Source: Mobula hypostoma
Taxonomy: Eukaryota
Assembly: GCF_963921235.1 (NCBI RefSeq)
Contig: NC_086108.1
Coordinates: 77,688,001-77,752,000 of the forward strand
Direction: 5' to 3'
Length of the DNA stretch: 64,000 nucleotides
The notes beneath the pieces were generated by a model, which saw nothing but the letters and a program-made list of their open reading frames with translations, did not search any database and had not been told where the DNA came from. Position 1 is the stretch's first letter, and each line of letters begins with the position of its first letter. The translations under genes and the position numbers were made by a program. Positions 1-12,851 of this stretch are shown here, piece after piece.

Positions 1-827
1 AAACATGGGGGTTGGCTAATTGGCCACTGAAACTTGGCACTAGTGTACACTTTGAGGGGAATTGATGGGAATCGGAGCAAACATGTAAGAAAGGAAAGGC
101 AGTGTAGCAGCAGGATTGCTCTGTGAACTGAATGGCCTCCTCCTCTGTGGTAAAGAAGTATGCATGATACATACGAATCATAAATTTGACACAGGTTTCT
201 AATGGGGACATACTTGGGATGACTTCTCTGTCATGTTAGGAATTGGCAAGCATACCCAAATTTGCCATTTTCATTCAGAATTTCAGCATTTGTAATGTTT
301 AAAAATTATATGTATTTCTTTTAAACAGCAGTATTTGTAGGGGGAAATCTCTAAATTATGTATAACTTAAGATTATGTTATGTTTTCCCTTGTCTTGCAG
401 TGTTCTATTCTGCTGCAAAAAGCCAGTTTTCATTGCTTGTATACCCTGTATATGTACGCCTATGGCAGCAATAAATTTGAACTTGAACTTGTTTTTCATG
501 CTAAGCATTGGTTTTACGTGTTTTGGTAAGGTTCTTTTGCAATTAAAAGATAGTATGATGCTATAGGGTACACACAATGCTTTCCAAATATTCATCAGAA
601 ATAATATCTGATTTCAAGCACAAAATCATGTGGCTTAACCAAAAGGAAATCCCAACGAGATTCTGGTCTTAAGTTTCTGAACATTAATGTAGCCTTGTTT
701 TTCTTTATTTCAGCAACATCCTCTGAAGTAAAGCATCAATCTTCTCACTGCACAACTCAACTAATATACTGCACGAGTTGAACTTGACCCCAGCTGAATA
801 CTGGAAGTGTTAAGTCGTTCCATTAAG

Positions 828-1532
828 CTCCTAAAACGTCCTGGTCCAAATAGTTCACAAATTACGATTTCAGTCACTTAGCCGCACCTTTACAAAGATC
901 TTTTACTTCCACTCCCATAACAATGTCCTAACCTGTCTCTCCTTCATCTGCTTCTATGACTTTCATCCTGAGCTTTGCTGTCTTTAAACTTGACAATGAA
1001 CATTTTTGGCCTGCCTGTAAGGTCGTGGCAAGGTTGGCATGGAGGTTGCTGCCTTGATGAACAAAGCAAGATCAAGGCAGCTCACAGGATGAGGAAGGAA
1101 GCAGAAAGCATCTCCTACTGGATATGAAGCAGGCAAGGGGAGTTGAGCTGGAAGTTAGGAGCGGATGAGCAGTGACTTGGCCACCACGGCTGACCCACCG
1201 ACTGGAGAGTGTAGTGGTTAAGGGCCAAAATACTCTATGAAGTTTGGGCATTACCTGACAGCATATGCTGCTGGCCAAAGGCTACAGTTACCTCATCCAG
1301 TAACTGCAGAGAGCACCCCGGTGTATGATGCAATCTCCTAAAATATACTGGTCCAAATAGTTCACAAATTACGATTTCAGCCACTTACCTGCACCATTAC
1401 TAAGATCTCTGATTTCCACTCCTGTAACATTGTCCTAACCAGTCTCTCCTTCATCTGCTTCTATGACTTTCATCCTGAGCTTTGGTGTCTTTAAACTTGA
1501 CTATTACAATGCACATTTTTGGCCTACCTGTA
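828..1532 (+). repeat. Pair of ~195-bp imperfect direct repeats (828-1019 and 1335-1532) flanking a 315-bp insert
   Basis: Both copies run ctcctaaaa...ctggtccaaatagttcacaaattacgatttcag...tctctccttcatctgcttctatgactttcatcctgagcttt...catttttggcct(g/a)cctgta, with scattered substitutions and small indels. Confidence 0.95.
1020..1334 (+). mobile_element. 5'-truncated 3' end of an RLE-type (HERO-like) non-LTR retrotransposon
   Basis: Translates as ..DEQSKIKAAHRMRKEAESISYWI*SRQGELSWKLGADEQ*, resembling the AE.AS.WLW.RR....W C-terminus of HERO-clade elements, followed by a ~160-nt 3' UTR. Family assigned from memory of the motif. Confidence 0.6.
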
Positions 1533-1870
1533 TGTTCTCCATTCCTGCCATGTCTTGATTCATATCAAGTGTAGTTTATCCATTACTCCAGAGTTCACTG
1601 AATGTATAGTCGGACTAATGCACGGTTTTTAAAATTCCCATCTTTTCAGGGTCCGTCAAGACCCACTCTTCCCTAACTTTGCAAATTTTTCCAGCTAGAC
1701 AAAGCTCAAAATACCTGTGTTCCTCAGACGCTGGCTTCTAGTTCATCTCCGAATTTAATCACTGCACCATTGTCAGCCTGCCAAACCCTAAAACCTGGAA
1801 TTTCATCATTAAGCCCTTTTAGCTTTCTACTCTGTATCTTTACCTATGAGTCATCTGTAAATGTATCATT
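1380..1870 (+). mobile_element. Ancient L2-like LINE remnant
   Basis: cttgactattacaatgca...ggcctacct resembles the L2 LDYCN.LL.GLP motif; tttaaaattccc (FKI) and a ctggaat (WN) motif follow. Very degenerate. Confidence 0.5.
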
Positions 1871-2700
1871 TTAACCTCATCTTTCATCAGTTCCATTCAA
1901 TTTTGTTATGTGGCCCAGGAATTTATTGTAGAGCTTGTTTTGAGGTTACTTGAAATGTCAGGGAAATTCCTGAATTCATTATTTCATTGTAATTTTTTTT
2001 CCAAAAGCAAAGGGTTCTAAATATATTAATTTCTCTGGGGCAGCTCCTGTTATGCTTCTGAAAGTGATGTCAGGAAATCAAATGCCATTCTAATTTTAAC
2101 TTTCGGCATCAGCATTGAGGATTCGGGTAAAACAGAAGAAACAAATAAAGTAACAATTGTAAGCAATTCCCAGAAGAGGCTTTGAGCCTTGAATCAGAAT
2201 ATCACGAGCTGCACCAGTATGAAATTCTACATTCCCTACATGAGTTATTCTTCTACATTTCATCAAGCTGAAATTGTCAGAAACATAACTAGGTCAGTCT
2301 CATGAAAACAATGGCTGAGAGCAGATTAGAGTCAAGGTATCCTGCTGCTAGTGAATCAAAGCCTTTCCACTGTCTACAACGCACAAGTTAAGAATGTGAT
2401 TCATCTGCCTAATTGAGTATGGCTCCGACAAAAGGAAGAGAGTTTGGCACCATCTAAGATAAAACAGCTTACCTGATCAGAAATAGAATAATTGGCCTAA
2501 ACCTCCATTCCCTCAATCACTGGTGCATCTTGGTTGCAGTGTGTATGACCTACAAAATGAGCTGTGTTATTTAAGTGCAATTCTGGTCACCTATCTACAA
2601 GAAAAATATCAATAAAATTGAAAGAGTGCAGAGAAAATTTACAAGGATGTTGCCAGTACTTGAGGACCTGAGTAATAGGAAAACATCGAGTTATAGGAAA

Positions 2701-3545
2701 ACAATTTTTAATCTATTCAATATACTGAGGGGAGGAGAAGATGGCAGCACGATGCAGTGCACGCGGCCACTCCGAAATGATGTCGTATTTGTAAGTAGGT
2801 ACCGTGCACAATCCTGATTTGATGGAGACAGACGTGAGAAGCACAGAGGAACATCTGGAGAAACTTCTGAAATGCCCGCTTCGCTGCCACTGCTACTGTG
2901 CGATTGAGAATCTCTGGAGGGGAAGGCCTCAAATCCTCGGCTTTGCCTATTGCCTGTTGCCGGGGCCGGGGTTGAAGCACTCAGCAGAGATGGTGCTCGG
3001 TGCTCAGTGTTGGAGGGCTGGTTGGATGCTTGAAGTCTTCGGACGGACTCAAGAGTCAGCTATGGTCGTGTGCTTCCAGGATGCTGCATCGGCAAGTTTG
3101 CATCGCTGGAAGCTCATGGCAGAGAGAGTTTTTCTTCCTTCTACCGTCTACGTGAGTTGATGGGACTTTCGAGAGACTTTGAGACTTTTTTTTACCATGC
3201 CCACGGTCTATTCTTTATCAAATTACAGTACTGCTTTGCACTGTTGTAACTATATGTTATAATTATGTGGTTTTTGTCAGTTTTTCAGTCTTGGTTTGTC
3301 TTGTGTTTCTGTGATATCATTCTGGAGGAACATTGTATCATTTCTTAATGCATGCATTACTAAATGACAATAAAGGAGGACTGTGTGTCCTCATAATCTA
3401 ATACATATACTGTAATTGATTTACTTATTTAATTATTATTACTTTCCCTTCTTCTTCTATATTATGTATTGCATTGAGCTACTACTGCCAAGTTAACAAA
3501 ATTCACAACACATGCCGGTGATAGTAAACCTGATTCTGATTCTGA
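2701..3545 (+). mobile_element. Rex1/Babar-type 3' UTR/tail fragment, itself interrupted by 2728-3403
   Basis: aatctattcaatatac...gtaattgatttact...ttaacaaaattcacaacacatgccggtgatagtaaacctgattctgattctga matches the tail that follows the Rex1 RT at 60060-60222. Confidence 0.8.
2728..3403 (+). mobile_element. Non-coding, non-autonomous retroelement, family A, copy 1
   Basis: Starts ggaggagaagatggcagc and ends aaatgacaataaaggaggactgtgtgtcctcataatcta. Colinear with 15840-16459. Possible TSD atatactg. Confidence 0.85.
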
Positions 3546-3983
3546 ATAGATTAGGACTTTATTCCCGTGAACATAGAAGATTAAGGAGAGATTTGATAGA
3601 CGTACACAAAATTGTGAGGCGCATAGATAGGGTAACTGCCAGCAGGCTTTTTCTACTAAGGTTGGTTGAGACTACAGCTAGAGGTCATGGGTTAAGGGTG
3701 GAAGGGGAAATGATTAAGGAGGAACATGAGGGGGATCTTCTTCATTCAGAGGGTGGTGAGAGCGTGGAAGGAGCTGCCAACAGAAGTGGTGGATGTGGGT
3801 CCGATTTCAACATTGGATAAGAGGGATATTGGATGCCACGATCCTAGTGTAGGTTTTTTGGGACTAGGTGGATTAATGGTTCAGAATCAATGGTTGAAGA
3901 ACCTGTTTCTGTGCTGTAATGTTTATGACTCTATAAGTTTATGATTTCAAATGTATGCAATGAAGGACACCATTTTCAAAAAT

Positions 3984-4797
3984 TCGAAGGTTCAAAGTAC
4001 ATTTATTATAAAAGAATGTATAAATTTATCACCTTGAAATTTGTCTGCTTATAGATAGCCACAAAGCAGAAACATGAATAACACAATTTTAAATAAAGAC
4101 CAAAATAAACAGTGCATGGAGAAACAGACAGAGAAAAAAAACATGGTGCAAATAATAGAAGCAAGCCAACAGCATTAGTACCAGGCTGAGTCCCAGAACA
4201 GCCAAAGTAGGCCCAAGATAAGCCTCAATCCCCAGTTTCCACACCAGAGGGGCAGAAATGCACAGCAGCCAGCTCAGTTCACAGCCTCGGCATTGCGGAG
4301 AAAGGAAAGCACATTCAAGGGAAAGCAAGTGAAATCAGGCCGAACCTTGCTTCTGTACCCGACATTTGGCCTGCCAGTTGATCTGTGCTGGCATTTAAAT
4401 TGTTCAAGAACCAAGTAGTGCCACTTCTGGGACCTGGATCCTGATGCCCCGGTACACCTGGGCCGGTCCGCCCAAAGCCGGCCTTGATCTCACCAAATTG
4501 GCTCTGCACTTGGAGGAATCCAGCCTCACACCCGAGCTAGGTGGAGGGGCATCAAAACTCTTCCGAACCTCCTCCTCTCCAGATCACTCACTCCTTCTCC
4601 AGTAGCGATACAAACTTTGTCTGCGAACCCGGCGGCTCAAACACATTGCACCTCGCATTGCCCCAGCACGCATATCTCCCGAACCAGCCTTGCTTCATGA
4701 AAGATGTTACAAGTAATGTTCTTAGTTGATTCTCTTGCCTTATGATTTACCAGTAAGCTGTTGCACATCTTCAGTAGCGCCATCTTAAACCGGAAGT
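3984..4797 (-). mobile_element. Non-coding, non-autonomous retroelement, family B
   Basis: Minus strand starts acttccggtttaagatggcgct and ends ataataaatgtactttgaaccttcgaa, a Rex1/Babar-like tail. No RT-coding sequence. Confidence 0.7.
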
Positions 4798-5219
4798 ACC
4801 TATACCTACACCTATTGAACTAAATATTGTACATTTAGACTGGTATCTTACCAGCTGCAGACCCATGGAAAAGAAAAGCTAAAGAAACGGGAATGCCATG
4901 GGATAGTGGTGAAAGGGGGAGTGTGTTTGTGCAGCACCCACTATGGTGGTTCCTAAGTTGAATAGCACCAATTAATCTGGCAAGCATATAAAGTGACATC
5001 TGAAAGAGCAGTGGATGATGTCTCATCGTCTTTGTCTATTGGGTGAAGGTCTTCTCTAAACTGAAACATTCTCATATTTATCCTCAGGCAATCAAATTCA
5101 GTAAACTGGACAATGAATTTAATGTTTTTTAGACAGTGCCTTCCAAATGTGTGAAGCCTGCCACCAAACATGACAAGAATACATGACTGATAGGAGAACC
5201 AGTGCCTGCTGGCTCCACT

Positions 5220-5650
5220 CTAAGTCATACACCATATTATGCAGGAAATATAATTCTATTTTCACTGGGAGCATTGTGAAAGTACCTCACCGGACGGACC
5301 CCAGTGGGCCAAGAGGATGGCTCACTAATGCCATTTCAGGGACAAATAAGAGAAGGGCAACAAATGTAGACATCTCCTACGAATTAAAAAAAGAAAATGT
5401 TACATCCCACTAACTGATTTAAAGAGGAGAACGAACATATGGGATTGCATTGAAAATGCCACCTATGCATTGGGAGCACACAAAAAACCTACGCAAATAC
5501 AAGAAGTTGTTCGCCACCTCAAAACGTATTCGCTCACCAGCTCCATTCTACTTCATCTGCCAAAGAGTCTGCGGTTCCTACATTGACGGTATCAGTTGCC
5601 TCAGAAACATCAAAACCAGATGGAACATAAAAGACTGCATAGAAAGATGA
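5220..5650 (+). mobile_element. RTE-clade LINE 3' end remnant
   Basis: C-terminal zinc-finger-like ICQRVCGSYIDGISCLRN (RTE consensus C..C.R.C.SRIGL.SH.R.H). Confidence 0.6.
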
Positions 5651-5658
5651 TACGTTTA

Positions 5659-5788
5659 CAACAAGGGAAGATCTGCCAATGTTGGAAATCCAAACAATAC
5701 ACACAACATGCTAGAGGAACTCAGCAGGCCGGGCAGCATCTATGGAAAAGAGTAAACAGTTAACGTTTCGGACCAAAACCCTTCGGCA
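5659..5788 (-). mobile_element. PLE-derived mini-insertion with a degenerate hammerhead motif
   Basis: Homologous to the 3' terminus of the PLE at 52467-54106. Flanked by agatgatacgttta (5645-5658) and agaagatacattta (5789-5802). Confidence 0.75.
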
Positions 5789-5914
5789 AGAAGATACATT
5801 TATATTTTATCTTTATCATTAGTTGTATTGACATAGAATTATTCTGAAAATATGAATTGTTTATTTGATTGGCTGGAACACCATTGTGTGCTTTTTATAA
5901 TGTGTCCTTTTCAG

Positions 5915-6230
5915 TTACAAATCTACAATCTCATTGCCCACATCAGGGAACAGGAGGAAATTGCAGGAGGTGCTGAAATCATATTATCTTCAAGGAAGGG
6001 AGACAAGTCCAGCTATGGTAACTAGGGAGGGGTCTTCCAGTTTCTGCGAAGGGAAAGAAATCACCAGGACCCATATCAGTCACCTCCACCCATGTGGCTA
6101 AAGTGTTACTCCCTGAATCACAGTGTGGATTCCATCCACCTTGAGGAACTGCTGACATGATCCTAACACAGGGCAGCTCCACAAAGAATGCTGGAGCAAA
6201 ATTCTCTAAATCCACTGAAAGGATAAACCA
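5915..6230 (+). mobile_element. Degenerate RTE RT fragment
   Basis: RKGDKSSYGN*, and cctgaatcacagtgtggattc = PESQCGF, typical of RTE RT N-terminal motifs. Confidence 0.7.
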
Positions 6231-7435
6231 AACTAAAGTTAACATGGTCTCCAGGCCAACATCCACAGCACCAGAGCTCTAGTTAGCTTCAACTGGCGAC
6301 ACTGCTGTACTACTGCATTTGCATTCATGTCATGAGACGCCAGTAACATGGGCTCTGTTCCAAACACTGTCACAGTCAGATTACCAGCCAGATAGAGAAA
6401 AGGATTCAAGGATCTGCTCAAAAACTGCTTGAAGAATTACTCTATAAGTTACTGGAAGGAGGTTGTAAGAGCATCTTTGAACCATATCTTCTATCTATTA
6501 TTTATATTAAATGCACTGAGCGTATTTAATATAAAGGTGAGAACACATGGGATAATTGTTAGCAACACACACAAAATGCTGGAGGAACTCAGCAGACCAG
6601 GCAGCATCAAAAATTGTTGGGCCTTGTACAGTGCTGCAAGGTAAGTCCAAATTAGGTTTATTGTGACTGTCTTATAAGATATGAAATTTGTTGTTCTGTG
6701 GCAACAGTCTTTTGTTGACACTCTGGAAGACTGCTTCAACTTCACCCCTCTGGACAATCAGAATGTGGAAACTGCTCGGTTAACCCTTCGAGAGCTGATC
6801 TATAACACTGCTACAGTGATTCTGGGGCCTGCTATCAGAAAGCAAAAGGACACAGGTTTGATGAAACTGTGTCAGCATCAAACAAATGCCTGATGAGAGA
6901 TATCATCTCCACAAAGCTTTCCTCAGCAACTCTAAGTCCATCTTAAAGGATACCTACGATAACGTATGAAGGAATGTACAACACAAACTGCACCAGATGG
7001 AGGAATCCTGGCTGAGCAATAAAGCTGATGAGATCTAGGTATGATTTAGAGAACACCTACCCTGCACTAAAAGAAATCTGTGGTCTCACATCATCAGATT
7101 CAACCCTTCAGTGCTGATGGGATCATGATGATCATGGACAAAGAGAAAATTCATAATATGTGGGCTAAGCACTTTAAAAGTGTTGTGAATCCTCCTTCAA
7201 CTATAAATGATGAGGCTATCAATTGCCTGCCCTAAGTACCTGTCAATGAAGCATTGGATGCTCCATTGACCTCAGCTGAGGTCAAGGCACAGCTTTCCAG
7301 TGGCAAAGTGCCTGCCTCAGATGCTATACCTGCTGAGGCCTGTGTAGTCCTTACAGAAAAGCTCCATCAGCTAATCCAACTCAACTGGCAGCAAGAGACA
7401 ACTCTACAGGAATTTAACGACGTATCCATCATCCA

Positions 7436-8605
7436 CCAGCATTTGACCAAGTATTGCATCAGGTGCCCCAGCTAAGATGCAGTCAATGGGAATTAGGGGG
7501 AAAATCCTCCACCGTTTGGAATCATACCTGACACAAAGGAAGATGGTTGTGGTGGTTGGAGGTCAGTCATCTCATCCTCAGGACATCACTGCAGGAATTC
7601 CTCAGGAGGTGTCCTAGGACCAACCATCTTCAGCTGCTTCATCAATGACCTTCCTTCCATCATAAGGTCAAAGTGGGGATGTTCGCAGATGACTGCACAA
7701 TGTTCTGCACCATTCGTGACTCCTCAGATAGTGAAGCACTTCATACCCAAATGCAGCAGGACCTGGACAATATCCAGGCTCGGGCTAACAAGAGGCCAGT
7801 AACATTTGAGCCAAGCAAGTGCCGTGCAATGACCATCTCCAACAAGAGAGGCTCTAACCATCGTCCCTTGACATTCAGTGGTATCACCATCACTGAATCC
7901 CCTACTATCAACATCCTGGGGGTTACCATTGACAGGAAACTGAACTGGTCTAGCCATATAAACACTGCAGCTACCAGAGAAGGTCAAAGGCTAGGAATCA
8001 TGCGACGTGTAACTTACCTCCTGACTCCCCAAAGCCTGCCCACCATCTACAAGGCTTAGGTCAGGAGTGCAATGGAATACTCACCACTCACCTGGATGAA
8101 TGCAGCTCCATCAACACTCAAGAAGCTTAACACCATCTAGTACAAGGTAGCCCACTTGATTGGTACCCCTTCCACAAGTATCCAATCCCTCCACCATCAA
8201 TGAACAGTTGCAGCAGTGTGTACTATCTACAAGATGCACTGCAACGACACACCAGAGTTCCTAAGGCAGCACCTTCCAGATCCATGACCACTACCATCTA
8301 GAAGGACGAGAACAGCAGATACCTGGGAACGCCACCGCTTGGAAAACCCCCTCCAAGTCACTCAGCATCCTGACTTGGAAACATATTGCCATTCCTTTAT
8401 TGTTGCTGGGTCAAAATCATGGAATTCCCTTCCTCACAGCACTGTGGGTGTACCTACACTTTAGGGTCTGCGGTGGTTCGGGAAGGCAACTCATCACCAC
8501 CTTCTGAAGGGCAACTTGGGATGGACAATAAATGCTGGCTTAGCTGGCAAGACCTACATCCAGTAAATAAATGAATGAATAGATCAATCAATCAATCAAT
8601 AAGTG
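7436..8605 (+). mobile_element. 5'-truncated CR1/L2-group LINE of a second family, nested in the RTE
   Basis: RT motifs PTIFSCFINDL, MFADDCTMF and LGVTIDRKLNWSSHI; 3' end caataaatgctggc...catcc followed by an (aatg)/(caat)n microsatellite tail. Confidence 0.85.
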
Positions 8606-9055
8606 AAAGGGGAACAGACAGTGCTGCGACAACTATCAGGAAATATCCTTGCTGTCTATCGTAGTAAGATCTTTTCCAGGTTTCTTCTCAACGAACCATC
8701 TCTCATATTTTGACCAGGGGCTCCTACCAGAGAGGCAGTGTGGATTCCGGAAGGAGCATGGGACTGTTGACATGAAATTTGCTGCAAGCCAGCTGAAAAG
8801 AGAAATGTCAGAAGCAAAGCACTGGCCTGATCTCCTGCTATGTCAACGTGACTAAGGTCTTCCACATTGTTAGCAGAGAGGGTTTTGTAAAAGATCATAG
8901 CAAAAAAATGGATGCTCAAGAAAATTCATCAACATGGTGCAGCAATTCCATTATGGCAATTAAACTAGAGTTCAGGACAATGGTGAGATGCCTGACCCCT
9001 TTCTTGTCTCAGATGGGATCTAGAAGACTTGCATCTTGGCACAAATATTATTGAG

Positions 9056-9852
9056 TTCACAGGTTCAAAGGTACAATTTAATGTCAGAGAAATGTATACA
9101 ATATACATCCTGAAATGCTTTTCCTTCGCAACCATCCACAAAAACAGAGACAGCCCCAAGAATGAACGACAGTTAAATGTTAGGACTCCAAAGTTCCCCC
9201 CAGTTCCCCCCTCCCATGTGTAAGCGGCAGCGAGCAACAATCCCCCTCCCCCCATCAGCAAAAATATAGCACACCTGCTACCAGCACTCAAGTGTGAGCA
9301 AAGCGATAGCAAAGACACAGACTTGCAGTTACCCCTAAGACTACATTGTTCACCCGATAATTCGACATGCTGCAGGCTCTCTCTCTCGTAATAAGGGAGA
9401 AAGAGGTGATTCTGTTTTCCAACAAGCGGGAGACATAATGAACAACTCGCTGGTTTACGATGTTAAAAGTCTGTTACATCGCTTTTTCCGAGCTCTGTGC
9501 CTGAAGATCGCAAAGATCCCGGGCTCCCAGGCACACAGCCGAGGTTCCAACTCCTCCAACGACACACAGGTCTCCTGTGGTGACACTGACCCTTGATCCG
9601 CCCGTCTCCAGTTCCTCAAGATCCCAGGCTTCCGAATCCGAGCCGAAATCTTAGGCCAAGCCTTTGGCGTGCCGAATTGCGGCCATTTGTGGAACCCCGA
9701 GAGCAGGTCCCATTCCCGCAAAGAACTGTAGTCAGCGTGTAACTCCAGGTCAGGGTCTTAAAAAGAAACCTGAAAGGGAAAAATAGAGATTAAAGATGGA
9801 AATTGAGCTGTTTTTGAAGATGCAAGCAAAGGGGTCGCCATTGGGTGCCATA
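9056..9852 (-). mobile_element. Non-coding, non-autonomous retroelement, family C, nested in the RTE
   Basis: Interrupts the RTE RT. Minus strand starts atggcacccaatggcgacc and ends ctgacattaaattgtacctttgaacctgtgaac. Confidence 0.75.
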
Positions 9853-10787
9853 AGTCTGGTGTTTTCACCGTGTTGACTGATGCCTTCAGAGACGGTGATG
9901 TAGGCATTGGCATCAGATTCTGCACTCATGGGAAACTGTTCAACCTCAGGACGCTTCAAACGAAAACTAAAGTATGCAGACGTTATGAGAGACTTCCATT
10001 TTGATAATGATTGTGCCCTCAATGCTGGTTCAGAAGGTGATATGCAGCGCTGTGTCGACAGGTTTTCTGATGCGTGTACCAACTTTGGGCTTACCATCAA
10101 CAGTAGGAAGACTGAAGTAATGCATCAGCCAGTTCCAGTGAAATACGTTGATCCAAACATCACGATCAATGGTCAAAGACTCAACCCAGTGAACAGGTTC
10201 ATGTATCTTGGCAGCACAAAGTCCCAGAATATCAACATTGATGAAACACCAGCATTGCCAAAGCAAGTGTACTTATGGCTGACTTTATACCAACATCTGG
10301 AATGGAAGAAGCACAAATCTACAGATGAAGCTGAAGGTGTATAGGGCCACAGTACTTCCCACCTGCTTTAGGCCTGTGAGATATGGACAGTGTGCCAACA
10401 GCATGCCTAGAAAGTCTGCCTCAGAAACCTCCTCAACACTGAGTTGCAAGATGGAATCCCTGACACTGAGGTACTTATCAGGGATAGATACAGCCTGCCA
10501 GTATCTACACATTCCTGATGCAGCCCCAGTTACGCTGGGCAGCTGACGTAGCTCGTATGTCAGACCATCAGCTGCCTAAGAGACTGCTTTATGGCAGACT
10601 ACAGAGAAGAAAGCTTTCCTGTGGAGGTCAAGGGAAACACTCAAAAGACATCCTGAGAATTTCAATAAAAGCGTTTGGATTCAACCCAGACATATGGGAG
10701 CACATTGCCCAGGATTGGTTGAGTGACACTCCTCCCTTCATAAGGGTGCAGTGACACATGAAGCAGAAAGGACAAGATAGCAGAGAT

Positions 10788-11991
10788 CTGTTCCAAGAAG
10801 GCTGATTGATGTCTTTTGAGAAATTAGTAACTAAACACTCTCTCTCGTACTCACATTTCTTGTAATATCTTCAGGTCAGACATTTCTTACAAGAATATTG
10901 AAGTAATTTTCCATATATACAGGATTCTGACCTGTTAGACATTATTTTAAAAATGAATCCTTTAGTGAAAGGTTTTATTGGGAAAATTTATAATTTACTA
11001 TTACAACAGTACAATTATCCTTTACTTAAGATTAAGCAAGATTGGGAAAAAGAGCTTAACATGACCTTGATAACAGAGGATTGGTTGCGAATTTTGAAGT
11101 TGGTTAACTCTTCTTCGATTTGTGCCAGTCACTCATTAATTCAATTTAAAATTGTACATTGTTACCATTTGACAAAGGAAGACTGTCTAAAATATTCCCT
11201 AATGTTGATAGTCAGTGTGATAGATGTAAAATTGAGACAGCTACATTGACACATATGTTTTGGTTGTGTTCTGTATTGAAACAGTTTTGGAAATCTATTT
11301 TCTCTACAATTTCTAAAGCTTTAAAAATTAATTTACAATCTAATAAATTGACAGTTTTGTTCAGTATAATCTCTCAATATATTCATGGTATTTCTATATC
11401 AGACCAACATGTAATTGCATTTGTTACATTATTGGCCAGAAGGGCTATTTTATTGAAATGGAAAGATGCCTCTGCTCCCACTTTGATACAATGGTTCTCT
11501 CAGGTGATATTGGGTCTTAGTTTGGAGAAAATCAGGTCGAACTTTTGATCTTCAATTTGACTTTGAGAAAAGGTGGGGTTCTTTTGCCCGCTACTATCAT
11601 TTGATTTGAGTTAATTAAGATGGTCCCCTTCTGATTCTTGTCTAAATGGATTTGAGTTGGCAGATTGATGTTTTTCTTTTATGGAAGCTTGTATGGCGTA
11701 TAGCTTCGAGGTTGTGCTCCCAATGGGTTTTTTTTTCTTTTTTTCTGTTAGTAGGGTTTTTTTTTTTGTTTTAGTTAGTGGGGGTTCTTTTTTCCTTCTT
11801 TTTTCCAAAAAATGGTTTTAACATTTTATTTTTTCCTTCTTATTATTTGTATATTGTTTAGCTTTGTTAATCAGTGATTTGATAATTTAATTATTATTGT
11901 ACATATTGACATGATGCCTTGATTACTTGAATGTATTTTTTGTTGATTTTCAATAATAATTAATAAAAAGATTTAAAAATGAAAAAAATGA
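10788..11991 (+). mobile_element. L1-clade LINE 3' end (ORF2 C-terminus, T-rich 3' UTR, A-rich tail)
   Basis: ORFs 10953-11249 and 11159-11548 include the CCHC motif CDRCKIETATLTHMFWLC and ARRAILLKWK. AATAAA plus A-rich tail. agagat is repeated at 10782-10787 and 11992-11997. Confidence 0.9.
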
Positions 11992-12851
11992 AGAGATGGC
12001 CAGAAAAATGTAGACTGGCCAGAAAAGCCTGAACCAATGGCCCCAAACCCAGTGTGGATGCCATATTTTGGCAACACTGCCACAGAATCTTCAGAGCATG
12101 GATTGGCCTCTTCAGCCATCTGTGTATCCATCGACCAGTCCAGCCCCTACAAATCGCAGATGATGAGAGTGGTTCTCATCGTTGTACGATGGATGAATGA
12201 ATGAACAAACAGTGCAAAGACATTAAAAATTACTACAAATAGCAAAATAAACAAGTAGTTCAAATAAACGAACAATGAGAGAAATAATTGAGGAATAATG
12301 TCTTTAGAAACACAGCTTTGGAAGTGCAGAGTGTCAAAGTATGGAGATATAAAATTTTAAGAGAGAAGAAAGCTTAAAAAACTCTAAATTGAACCAAATA
12401 TCTTTCAAACCACAGAATGAAAACTCTTTGACCCATGATCCATCTGTGAGTGAATCATAATGGTTTACAGCACAGAAACCAGGCAGTTGTCCTATGGTAT
12501 CAATGCTAACTATTAAAACAATTCAAACTTATTATTCTATTCCTTTCCTATAGATGTCAAGTCTTTAGAAACAAACGTTTCTTCACCAATGGAAGAAGCT
12601 CTGCTTTACACCCTCAAGATGCTTTATACTAAAAGCTCCCTCTAGGAGGCCTTCAGATCTCTTTTTTCTGGTGTTAATTGTAAATTGATCTAATTTACAA
12701 CAAAGTAGATTCTATACTCAGTTTTAATACCATCATTCCTACAGTCTTGATTGAAAAGCTAGAGAACCTAGGCCTTTGTACGTCCCTCTGCAACTAGATC
12801 CTCAACTTCTGAACCAGAAAAACCACAATCTGTGCAGATTGGAAATGACAT

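Larger units (their letters stand above)
2573..3945 (+). mobile_element. CR1 LINE 3' fragment interrupted by a nested insertion at 2701-3545
   Basis: QFWSPIYKKNINKIERVQRKFTRMLP before the insert and RLGLYSREHRRLRRDLIDVHKI / FFIQRVVRAWKELP after it; CR1-type tail near 3900-3945. Confidence 0.9.
6700..12210 (+). mobile_element. RTE-clade LINE (decayed RT), split into four pieces by three younger insertions
   Basis: Colinear pieces: 6700-7435 (SSGKVPASDAIPAE, EFNDVSIIH); 8606-9055 (KGNRQCCDNY, LPERQCGFRKEHGTVDM); 9853-10787 (DCALNAGSEGDMQRCVDRFSDACTNFGLTIN, QLRWAADVARMSDHQLPKRLLYG); 11992-12210 (zinc-finger end and gaat-type tail). Confidence 0.9.

Noticed and set aside
698..815. Strong-looking acceptor ttttctttatttcag at 713
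   Set aside because: All three frames reach a stop before any convincing donor.
6600..6646. Consensus donor AAG|gtaagt at 6641
   Set aside because: The upstream sequence is a PLE-terminus fragment with no acceptor, so there is no exon support.
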